A DNA stretch of 22,525 nucleotides. Source: an uncultured archaeon (GTDB lineage: Archaea > Asgardarchaeota > Lokiarchaeia > Sigyniarchaeales > SOKP01). Of this stretch, positions 9,338 through 16,190 are shown in pieces. The stretch covers positions 1-22,525 of the forward strand of contig CAYUTF010000055.1 of the NCBI GenBank assembly GCA_964447495.1. The letters are read 5' to 3'. The position numbers and the translations under genes were made by a program. The notes beneath the pieces are model-generated. The model saw only the letters and a list, made by a program, of their open reading frames with translations. It searched no databases and was not told the origin of the DNA. The first letter of the stretch is position 1. Each line of letters starts with the position of its first letter.

Positions 9338-9846
9338 TGGCTGATGGGTTCTTAATTGCTTCAGCGGCTATAACTATAATCCCTCTTTTAACTCTTGCAT
9401 TAGGGTTATTGATTGGATACCTGGCACAAAGATCTGGGTTCTGTTCAATAGGTGGGATGAGAGATTTAATGATGTTTCGGCATACAAGATTATTCTTTGG
9501 TTACCTTACCTTAATTGCTGGAGGATTTTTAGGTTATTTTATCTTCTGGGCAATCATACCAAGTGCTTTTCCAAACTTTTTTTGGTCAATGACGCAAACA
9601 AATCCCTTAAATCCAATCCCTGGCGCCCCTGGCGGATTAACGGTTGCATCTTACGTTATTTTAGCGATTATCGGAGGTTTTGGTATGGGATTCATTGGTG
9701 TACTGCTTGGAGGTTGCCCCCTAAGACAAATTATTATGGGATCTGAAGGAAACTTGCGTTCATTGTTTTTTGTATTAGGTTTAGCTGTAGGAGCGATTAT
9801 CTTTCATGCCTGGATAGTTGAATTAGTAGTGGCAATACTGCCTTAA
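9337..9846 (+). CDS. yedE: YeeE/YedE-family selenium/sulfur transporter, C-terminal half
   Basis: AQRSGFCSIGGMRD and LLGGCPLRQ motifs; TAATG stop/start overlap with the previous gene and GGAGAGGAG upstream. Confidence 0.85.
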   Translation: MADGFLIASAAITIIPLLTLALGLLIGYLAQRSGFCSIGGMRDLMMFRHTRLFFGYLTLIAGGFLGYFIFWAIIPSAFPNFFWSMTQTNPLNPIPGAPGGLTVASYVILAIIGGFGMGFIGVLLGGCPLRQIIMGSEGNLRSLFFVLGLAVGAIIFHAWIVELVVAILP

Positions 9847-9865
9847 GATTATAAGAGGTAAAAAA

Positions 9866-10093
9866 ATGACAGAATATCAATTAGATATCTTGGGAAAAGT
9901 ATGTCCCTATTGCCTTTTAGCGGTTAGAAATGAAATTAAGAAACTCTCTACAGGTGATCTATTAGTAGTAATAACTGATCATCCTCCTGCAGCAACGGAT
10001 ACTATTCCTCATGATATGAAAAAAAAAGGTCATAATGTGGTAACAAAAAAATTGGAACCAGGAATGTGGGAAATAAGAATTACAATGAAATAG
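9866..10093 (+). CDS. tusA: TusA/SirA/YedF-family sulfur/selenium carrier protein
   Basis: LDILGKVCPYC (CPxx motif), GDLLVVITDHPPA, WEIRI; 75 aa; GAGGT upstream. Confidence 0.9.
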   Translation: MTEYQLDILGKVCPYCLLAVRNEIKKLSTGDLLVVITDHPPAATDTIPHDMKKKGHNVVTKKLEPGMWEIRITMK

Positions 10094-10125
10094 AATCTGA
10101 TCAAAAAGTCTTCACTAATATCATT

Positions 10126-11310
10126 ATGAGAAATCTAAATTTTCTATTTTGTAATAATATTGATAAAGAAAGATTGGAATGGATTTGTAATATAATTGGT
10201 AATCATTATCTTAAATCGAAATCTTCTAAATATAAATATAAAATCAAAATCTTTTTGACTGGAGAGAGTCTTTATAGTTTAATAGATGGCAGGATGCATG
10301 AATTATGGATTAAAATTTTAACTTTTCATTATGTAAAAATTTACATTGATCACTCTGAGCTAGTTCTATTCGGTGTATCGGTTGATTTCTTAAAAGAAGC
10401 GTATCCAAATAATTTTTTTTTGATATCTGAAAATAATCAGAATAGGATAAGTTTTTGGGAATACTTTATAGATACAATATATAGCAAAAATTTTACTTTA
10501 AAATTTGGCTTTTTACAAAATTCTGGCCCATACATGGAAAGAACATCTTTATATGCTCTGCGATTAATAAATGCGGCAATAAATTATAGACTAAATCCCG
10601 AATATTATGGTTATCTTGATGGAGTACATTTAGGTCATAAGGGACAGAATCCTTCTGAATTCGAAAATATTGCAAGTATGCTAATTGAGACCAAGAGTCG
10701 AGCAAAGCAGAAAAATTTAAATTTCTCAATGTTATCTTGTTTGCGTTGCGGAACTGCCAGAGGGTATATAAGATCTCAACCTACCAATGATCTTTATGAG
10801 TCTGATGATACAATACCATCCTATTATTTTGGTAATCTCAATAAAATTATCGATCAATTTGAATATAATTTTCCTATTCTCTCATCTAATTCCGCAATAA
10901 TCACCCAAGATACACAAGAAAATCATTCAAACCCGGGATTAATTATCTTCATTACTCATAGTCCTTATAGTTCTGAATGGAGTTTTGGTGGTGTTTCATT
11001 TGCAGTGGCAAGTGCTTCTCACAATATCCCTACTCAAGTCATTTTCATTGAAAGTGGTGTTTATTGCATGGTAGGAGAACATGCTATTAGTGAAAATGAC
11101 AAAATTTTTAATTTGCAAGAAATATTGGAAGCATCTGTTGATATGGAGTTTCTTAACTTTTATGCTTATGCGCCTTCTTTGAAAATAAGGGATATATTAC
11201 CCTCAAATGATTTAAAGAGTGTGTCACTAATAGGAAATGAAGAATTAACTAATATTGTATTAAAAAATTCTAGAAAAGGTTTATACCATAAAAGAATTAT
11301 ATTTTTTTAA
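10126..11310 (+). CDS. Multidomain DsrE/DsrF/DsrH-like (TusD/TusC/TusB-like) sulfur-relay fusion protein
   Basis: Middle domain SGPY..YLDGVH..SCLRCGTARG is DsrE/TusD-like; C-terminal ITHSPY..VIFIESGVY..PSLKIRD..IIFF is DsrF/TusC-like; N-terminal IFLTGESLYSL..IYIDHSELVLFGV is a third, divergent copy. ATG at 10126 preferred over 10066, which overlaps tusA. Confidence 0.8.
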   Translation: MRNLNFLFCNNIDKERLEWICNIIGNHYLKSKSSKYKYKIKIFLTGESLYSLIDGRMHELWIKILTFHYVKIYIDHSELVLFGVSVDFLKEAYPNNFFLISENNQNRISFWEYFIDTIYSKNFTLKFGFLQNSGPYMERTSLYALRLINAAINYRLNPEYYGYLDGVHLGHKGQNPSEFENIASMLIETKSRAKQKNLNFSMLSCLRCGTARGYIRSQPTNDLYESDDTIPSYYFGNLNKIIDQFEYNFPILSSNSAIITQDTQENHSNPGLIIFITHSPYSSEWSFGGVSFAVASASHNIPTQVIFIESGVYCMVGEHAISENDKIFNLQEILEASVDMEFLNFYAYAPSLKIRDILPSNDLKSVSLIGNEELTNIVLKNSRKGLYHKRIIFF

Positions 11311-11347
11311 TTACATTTTTAACTATATATTATAGATTTTAAAAAAA

Positions 11348-11581
11348 ATGCTCAAAACTGATATAGCGGATTATACTAATCTTACTTGTACAAATTTAAT
11401 GATTAAACTAAAAATTCTACTAAAAAAGCTACCAAACGGAGATAAATTAAAATTCTATGCAACTAGAGAGCAATTCGATAACATTAAAAAACCATTTGCC
11501 AAGAATCCGTATAGATTTCAAGGAGAACAAGTTGGAGATAACAGATATTATATTTCGATATATAAAAATCTAAAAGGTTGA
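11348..11581 (+). CDS. Second TusA/SirA-like protein with atypical C-T motif
   Basis: 77 aa; ADYTNLTCTNLMIKLK..LPNGDKLKFYAT..YYISIYK aligns by eye with the TusA fold but has CT instead of CP. Confidence 0.7.
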   Translation: MLKTDIADYTNLTCTNLMIKLKILLKKLPNGDKLKFYATREQFDNIKKPFAKNPYRFQGEQVGDNRYYISIYKNLKG

Positions 11582-11589
11582 TAATAAAC

Positions 11590-11946
11590 ATGTCAAAAAT
11601 TAATAACCTTCTTACAATTCATTTACTTTTTACACATAATCTTCGAAGGTATATTTTATTTTCATTTAGTTCCTCTAATTATGAATATCTTTATGTTTAT
11701 CATTTGAAAAAGCAGATTCGGTCTCTTTTTTATGGAGAAAATTTCCAAGGATTAATTGCATTATTATTAAAAGATACCAAAATTGAGTGTATTGAATGTT
11801 CTTTGGCGTCAAAAATAATGGGGGGTATTTCTTATGATCGCGATCAACAAGTAATTAATAATATGTCACTTGAAGAGTGTAATACGATATTAGCAAAACT
11901 CAAAGTTGAACTAAATAGAGCATTTGATATTGTTATCCCATTCTAA
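11590..11946 (+). CDS. Hypothetical protein with CxxC (ECIEC) in the selenium cluster
   Basis: Open frame between the tusA-like gene and selD, co-oriented; ATG at 11590 (track uses TTG at 11578). No family recognised. Confidence 0.65.
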   Translation: MSKINNLLTIHLLFTHNLRRYILFSFSSSNYEYLYVYHLKKQIRSLFYGENFQGLIALLLKDTKIECIECSLASKIMGGISYDRDQQVINNMSLEECNTILAKLKVELNRAFDIVIPF

Positions 11947-11977
11947 AAAAATTATATATATCAACAGTGAGGTGAAA

Positions 11978-13006
11978 ATGGAAAAAAATAGTGAATATAG
12001 ACTTACTTCACAGGTTAAAATACACGGATGAAGTTGTAAACTTGGACCAACAGATTTAAGCAATCTATTAATAAAAACAGGATTATCAGGTGATATCGAA
12101 GATGCTGCTGTATTACCAATTCCGAAAAGTGATTTGGTCTTAGTTAAGAATATTGATATCATGACTCCACTTGTCGATGAACCTTCAATCATGGGAGAAA
12201 TTGCTGCATGTAATGTTACAAATGACATTTTTGCCTTAAATGTACCAGAGATTTCCGGTATGCTTGTGTTCTTAGCGATTCAAACAAGTACCCCTATTGA
12301 AATTACCGAAGGGATATTAAAAGGAATTAAACACTTTATAGAGAAAAAAGTAAACTCCCAAATTGTTGGTGGTCATACTATTTACTCGGGATGGCCTCTT
12401 ATAGGTGGTGAGGCTTCTGGATTCGTTCATAAAGATGCTATTATCCCTAAAAGTGGTGTAAAAAAAAGAGATAAACTAATATTGACGAAGCCTATTGGTT
12501 TGCAAGCTGTCATGGCAGCATATAGACTTTTAAAAGATTTCCCAGAAATGTTAGAACAATATTCTCAGCAAGAACTTAATAAGGCTATTGATTTAGCGAT
12601 AAGGATAATGACTACTTCAAATCAGCAAGTTGTCAAGATTATTCATTCATATGAAGATTTTTCATTTATTCATGCGATGTCAGATGTTACTGGGTTTGGA
12701 TTAGCGGGACATCTTAAAGAAATGCTTCAGCATTCAAATTTATCTGCCTTGATTACCAAAACACCCTCAATCAAACTTTCGAAAACGCTCTCTGAAGATT
12801 TAGGCTATGCATTTGATGATTGTACTTGCCATGAAACAGCTGGAGGTATGTTAATATCTGTTGATCCCGTTCAAATTGAAGATTTTTCCGATGTACTTTC
12901 TCGAAATGGTGTTAAAAATTGGATCATAGGAGAAATCGATCAATTTAAACCTGAAATAGTTCGTGTATCAAAAGATGTTCAAAATGTTGAAGTATCAGAA
13001 TTTTAG
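11978..13006 (+). CDS. selD: Selenophosphate synthetase (selenide, water dikinase), selenocysteine-containing, 342 aa, U18
   Basis: ATG at 11978 after GAGGTGA (11969-11975) gives MEKNSEYRLTSQVKIHG-TGA-SCKLGP, in frame with the track ORF at 12134; TGA 12029-12031 is at the catalytic U/C-x-x-K position. EDAAV, NDIFA, GGHT, LILTKPIG, DVTGFGLAGHL, ETAGGML motifs. Confidence 0.96.
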
Positions 13007-13077
13007 AGATGTCTATGAAATAAGCTTAAACACAGCTGTGGTGGCTTATGGAGAAATTCACCCGTATGGTGGCGTCT
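13007..13077 (+). promoter_or_regulatory. Eukaryote-type SECIS element in the selD 3' UTR
   Basis: ATGA 13015-13018 opposite GA 13051-13052 (kink-turn core); helix ATAAGC 13020-13025/GCTTAT 13044-13049; unpaired AAA 13028-13030; apical mini-stem CAC-agct-GTG 13031-13040; basal helix AGATGTC 13007-13013/GGCGTCT 13071-13077. Confidence 0.85.
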
Positions 13078-13083
13078 ATAATA

Positions 13084-13875
13084 TTAACCCTTCTTTAATC
13101 TGCCATTAAGATTTAATATGATTTTTTTTGCTTTATTAATTGCATTTTCAACTAACTCAAGTCCATTTTCTACATTAAAACAAGTGATTGAGAGTTCTAC
13201 TTCCACAGAAAGGCCAATTCTAGGATGTGTTTTAATCCAAAGTTGTGGAAACTCTTTTTCTAGTTGAGTCATATAAGGAGCAATCTGAGATTCACCTATA
13301 CCTGTAAAAATAAACCCCCTTTCAATAAATTCTCCTTTATTTTCCTTTAAAATAGACGTTATAACATTTCTAAACATTGATTTCATCTCAGCGGGTACTC
13401 CCGGTAATATAAAAATAGTGGTGCTTTTTTCCGATAACTTAACTCCGGGAGCAGTCCCAACCGTATTTGGTAAAGGAATCGCTCCTTGAGGAAGATGCGC
13501 CATTTTTTCTCTCTCTTTCGTCATACCTTCAAGCTTTAAAATCCCTCTTCTATTTGCGCTTTCATAAGCTTTCTTTATAGAATTATATGCATGTTGATTT
13601 AGCTCAATATTTCTATTCAATCCTTTTGCAATTCCTTGCAAAGTCATATCATCAAAGGTTGGTCCAAGACCGCCAGTAATAATAATAATATCGGGTACAC
13701 GTGTTAATATCTCTCTTAAAGTGGCGGATATCTCATTTAGATTGTCTCCAATAGTCGTTATTCGCTTTAAGCGATGTCCATATTTTGCTATTCTCTTTGC
13801 CATCCAATTTGAATTCGTATCTTGCGTCTTTCCAATTAAAATTTCATTTCCAATCGTCAAAATCTCAACATTCAT
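13084..13875 (-). CDS. cinA: CinA-like / molybdopterin-binding (MoCF_biosynth, COG1058) domain protein
   Basis: EILTIGNEILIGKTQDTNS, IGDN, ITGGLGPTFDDMT, NTVGTAPG, LPGVPAEM, GIGESQIA; no C-terminal PncC domain. AGGAGG upstream. Confidence 0.88.
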   Translation of the reverse strand: MNVEILTIGNEILIGKTQDTNSNWMAKRIAKYGHRLKRITTIGDNLNEISATLREILTRVPDIIIITGGLGPTFDDMTLQGIAKGLNRNIELNQHAYNSIKKAYESANRRGILKLEGMTKEREKMAHLPQGAIPLPNTVGTAPGVKLSEKSTTIFILPGVPAEMKSMFRNVITSILKENKGEFIERGFIFTGIGESQIAPYMTQLEKEFPQLWIKTHPRIGLSVEVELSITCFNVENGLELVENAINKAKKIILNLNGRLKKG

Positions 13876-14048
13876 GGATATCCTCCTATTTAAATAAATT
13901 TCAATGTTAGTCTAGATTAAATCAATTAACATCATTAACCACAGTAATATTATAAATTTAATTTAAAATTTAAAACTGTATTTTCTCAAAGTTGATATTT
14001 TCTTGTTAATTTCTTTAATTATCATTAAAAATACTATATGTCTGCCTA

Positions 14049-14624
14049 ATGTCAATTGAAATTGATGATTCTGGAACGGGAGATCTTGTAGGGAATGCCT
14101 ATATTGGATTTCTCAGAAAAGATACGGGAAAAATAATATTTCGAACGCTTTCCGTAAATTTATTTAAAAATGAAGAATGGAAAAATAAGATGCCCTATGA
14201 AAAAACGGTTAAATTAGTAAAGAGTGGATTAAAGGAATTAAATTTTAATAAAGAAAAAGATAAAATCTTGCTCTGTCGTGGCAATATTTTCGATGGTGTG
14301 CGTAATTATTTTGAAGAAGAGGGTATAATTTATGAACCAGCTATAATCGAAGGGAAATTACAAGATGCAGTCGAAGGAAGACTCTTAAAGCATTTAAGAT
14401 ATGATCTCGGTATCCGATCAAGGAAGTTAACCAAAATAAGCGGCGCAAAACGATATTTCGTCTTGTTTAACTGGTTATGTCAGGATTTTTATAAAAGAGA
14501 AAAATATGTTAAATCAGGGTTTAAAAAGTGGAATACCGTATGGAGAGATCGAGCAATAGAGAAATATGAAAGAATCCTCAATGCAAGGGAAAAATTACGT
14601 AAATTGAGAGAGGAAAATTTATGA
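14049..14624 (+). CDS. Conserved hypothetical protein, possible RNase H-like fold
   Basis: N-terminal IEIDDSGTGDLVG resembles the RNase HII GxDEAGRG motif; also LCRGNIFD and IEGKLQDAVE. Confidence 0.6.
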   Translation: MSIEIDDSGTGDLVGNAYIGFLRKDTGKIIFRTLSVNLFKNEEWKNKMPYEKTVKLVKSGLKELNFNKEKDKILLCRGNIFDGVRNYFEEEGIIYEPAIIEGKLQDAVEGRLLKHLRYDLGIRSRKLTKISGAKRYFVLFNWLCQDFYKREKYVKSGFKKWNTVWRDRAIEKYERILNAREKLRKLREENL

Positions 14625-15304
14625 AGATAGTAGTATTTGCCCCTCATCCAGATGATGAAGTATATGGTTGTGGGGGAAGTATTATGAAATGGATGGCAGA
14701 AGGGCATGATGTTCATATTGTATATGTAACAGATAACTGTGCATTAATTACGTGGGGAAGGAAGCATAACGCGTTACTTGAAGAGGAAGCTAAGGAATAC
14801 ATCAATTTGAGTGAGGAAGAAATTGGAAAAATTGGTTTAGAAGAAGCTAAAGCAGCAGCAGAGGCATTTGGTTTTCAAAAATCCAATACACACTTATTTG
14901 AATTTCATGATCAAGGTGCCATGAATCAAATTGAAAAAGGGATTAAGTTAGCAAAAGAAATAATCAAAGATGCGGATCGAGTAGTTATTCCAAGTGATAA
15001 TAATAATCATGTCGATCATCAAGCGACTCATATTATGGCTAAAACCGCAGCTCAAGAATTAAAACTGACCCACTTAGAATTTTATGTATATGCGTCATAT
15101 AACCTCATTACGGCACCCACAGAAAAACAAGTGAAAATCCCTATGGTAGAATACCGAGACAAATTATATGAATTAATGAAAATCTATAAAACCCAAATTA
15201 CGCTATCATCATCTCGATTGGGGTGGGAAGCGTTAAAAAGGAAGAGAAAAGAGCGATTTGGAGTATTTTCGCTAAATGATGCAGGAAAGTATTATAATTT
15301 CTAA
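14621..15304 (+). CDS. PIG-L/LmbE-family N-acetyl-sugar deacetylase
   Basis: FAPHPDDEVYGCGG and HVDH metal-binding motifs; ATGA overlap with the previous gene. Confidence 0.9.
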   Translation: MKIVVFAPHPDDEVYGCGGSIMKWMAEGHDVHIVYVTDNCALITWGRKHNALLEEEAKEYINLSEEEIGKIGLEEAKAAAEAFGFQKSNTHLFEFHDQGAMNQIEKGIKLAKEIIKDADRVVIPSDNNNHVDHQATHIMAKTAAQELKLTHLEFYVYASYNLITAPTEKQVKIPMVEYRDKLYELMKIYKTQITLSSSRLGWEALKRKRKERFGVFSLNDAGKYYNF

Positions 15305-15333
15305 ATTGCTTTTTAGGTTATAGAATATATAAT

Positions 15334-16032
15334 TTAATTTAGTGCTGTACCACAATTGGGACAAATTTTTGTATTCGAGGGTACTTCAATCCCACAAGCA
15401 AAACAGATCATTTTATTTTTACCTTTTGGTTGTTCTATAACAATTCTATCACTTGTTCCTTCAGATTTGTTTTCAGGGTGCTTAAAAACACTCATATCGA
15501 TATCTTTATTCAGAATTTTTTCCACATATTCCTTATCATGAGGCGTAATAATCGTAAAATCCTCAGAAGTTTCAATTTCTTGGAAGCCTTTGGGGAGATT
15601 CTTAATATCATCACTTTCTATAACTTTTAAATTGTTTTTTTCAGTTTTAGAAAGATTGGGATGTTTTTGTTCTTGTATAGAGGGGATTGTTTGTTTATTC
15701 GATTCAACCTTTTTTGTATGCAATGACTTTGTTTCGTTCTTCTCTTCATCTCTCTTAAGTGGTGGTGATGTCGGCGATGTTTTCCATTCTGTTTCCAAAC
15801 GAATGGAAGATATCCTTTTCAAATCCTTAATGTGTTTTATAATTTGTTCTGTTCTTTCAATTAACATGGATCGAAACGAAAAATCAAGTTTAGGTAATTT
15901 TGACATCTTAATAACCATTTCAGTAATTTCAATCCAGACTTTAATTGCTTCCTTAACTCTATTATTCTTTTCTAGCCCGTTAGCTTTTGCGACTTTATAC
16001 GCAAGTTCTTGATTAAATTTCGAAATATCCAT
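15334..16032 (-). CDS. Protein with N-terminal MIT-like three-helix bundle, low-complexity linker and C-terminal zinc ribbon
   Basis: KANGLEKNNRVKEAIKVW...ERTEQIIKHIKDLK helical pattern; CFACG...CPNCG at the C-terminus. Confidence 0.7.
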   Translation of the reverse strand: MDISKFNQELAYKVAKANGLEKNNRVKEAIKVWIEITEMVIKMSKLPKLDFSFRSMLIERTEQIIKHIKDLKRISSIRLETEWKTSPTSPPLKRDEEKNETKSLHTKKVESNKQTIPSIQEQKHPNLSKTEKNNLKVIESDDIKNLPKGFQEIETSEDFTIITPHDKEYVEKILNKDIDMSVFKHPENKSEGTSDRIVIEQPKGKNKMICFACGIEVPSNTKICPNCGTALN

Positions 16033-16190
16033 TTTGACTCCAAATTAAATATTTTATATCTATACAAATTTTACATGTGAATTCAAGTATTTATAATTGT
16101 TATCTAATAGACACAAAATTATTAGGAAGGATTTTTATTAGAGTAGTAGGATAAATATTTTAGTAAGTAATTAATGCTATGCGGTAAATA

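Noticed and set aside
10066-10125. Track start of the DsrE fusion at 10066
   Set aside because: Overlaps tusA by 28 nt and adds a non-conserved-looking leader; ATG 10126 is more plausible.
5203-10729. Short minus-strand ORFs at 5203, 6839, 7196, 8911 and 10493
   Set aside because: All are antisense within well-supported genes and have shadow-like composition.
11579-11587. TGA ending the second tusA-like gene as a C-terminal Sec
   Set aside because: It is followed at once by TAA TAA, gives no redox motif and the TusA fold is already complete; an ordinary stop is simpler.
12032-12070. Bacterial-type SECIS directly after the UGA
   Set aside because: Only short 4-5 bp AT-rich stems (AAGT/ACTT, AGATT/AATCT) are present; the 3' UTR element explains recoding better.
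11911-12228. 105-aa minus-strand ORF
   Set aside because: Antisense shadow of the selD N-terminus.
12134-13006. Track ORF as the complete selD, or selD as a nonsense pseudogene
   Set aside because: The upstream in-frame segment has an RBS, ATG and the catalytic motif with TGA at the Sec position, and a SECIS follows the gene.
15356-16012. Three plus-strand ORFs (61, 66, 140 aa)
   Set aside because: Antisense to the MIT-like/zinc-ribbon gene, with no recognisable motifs.
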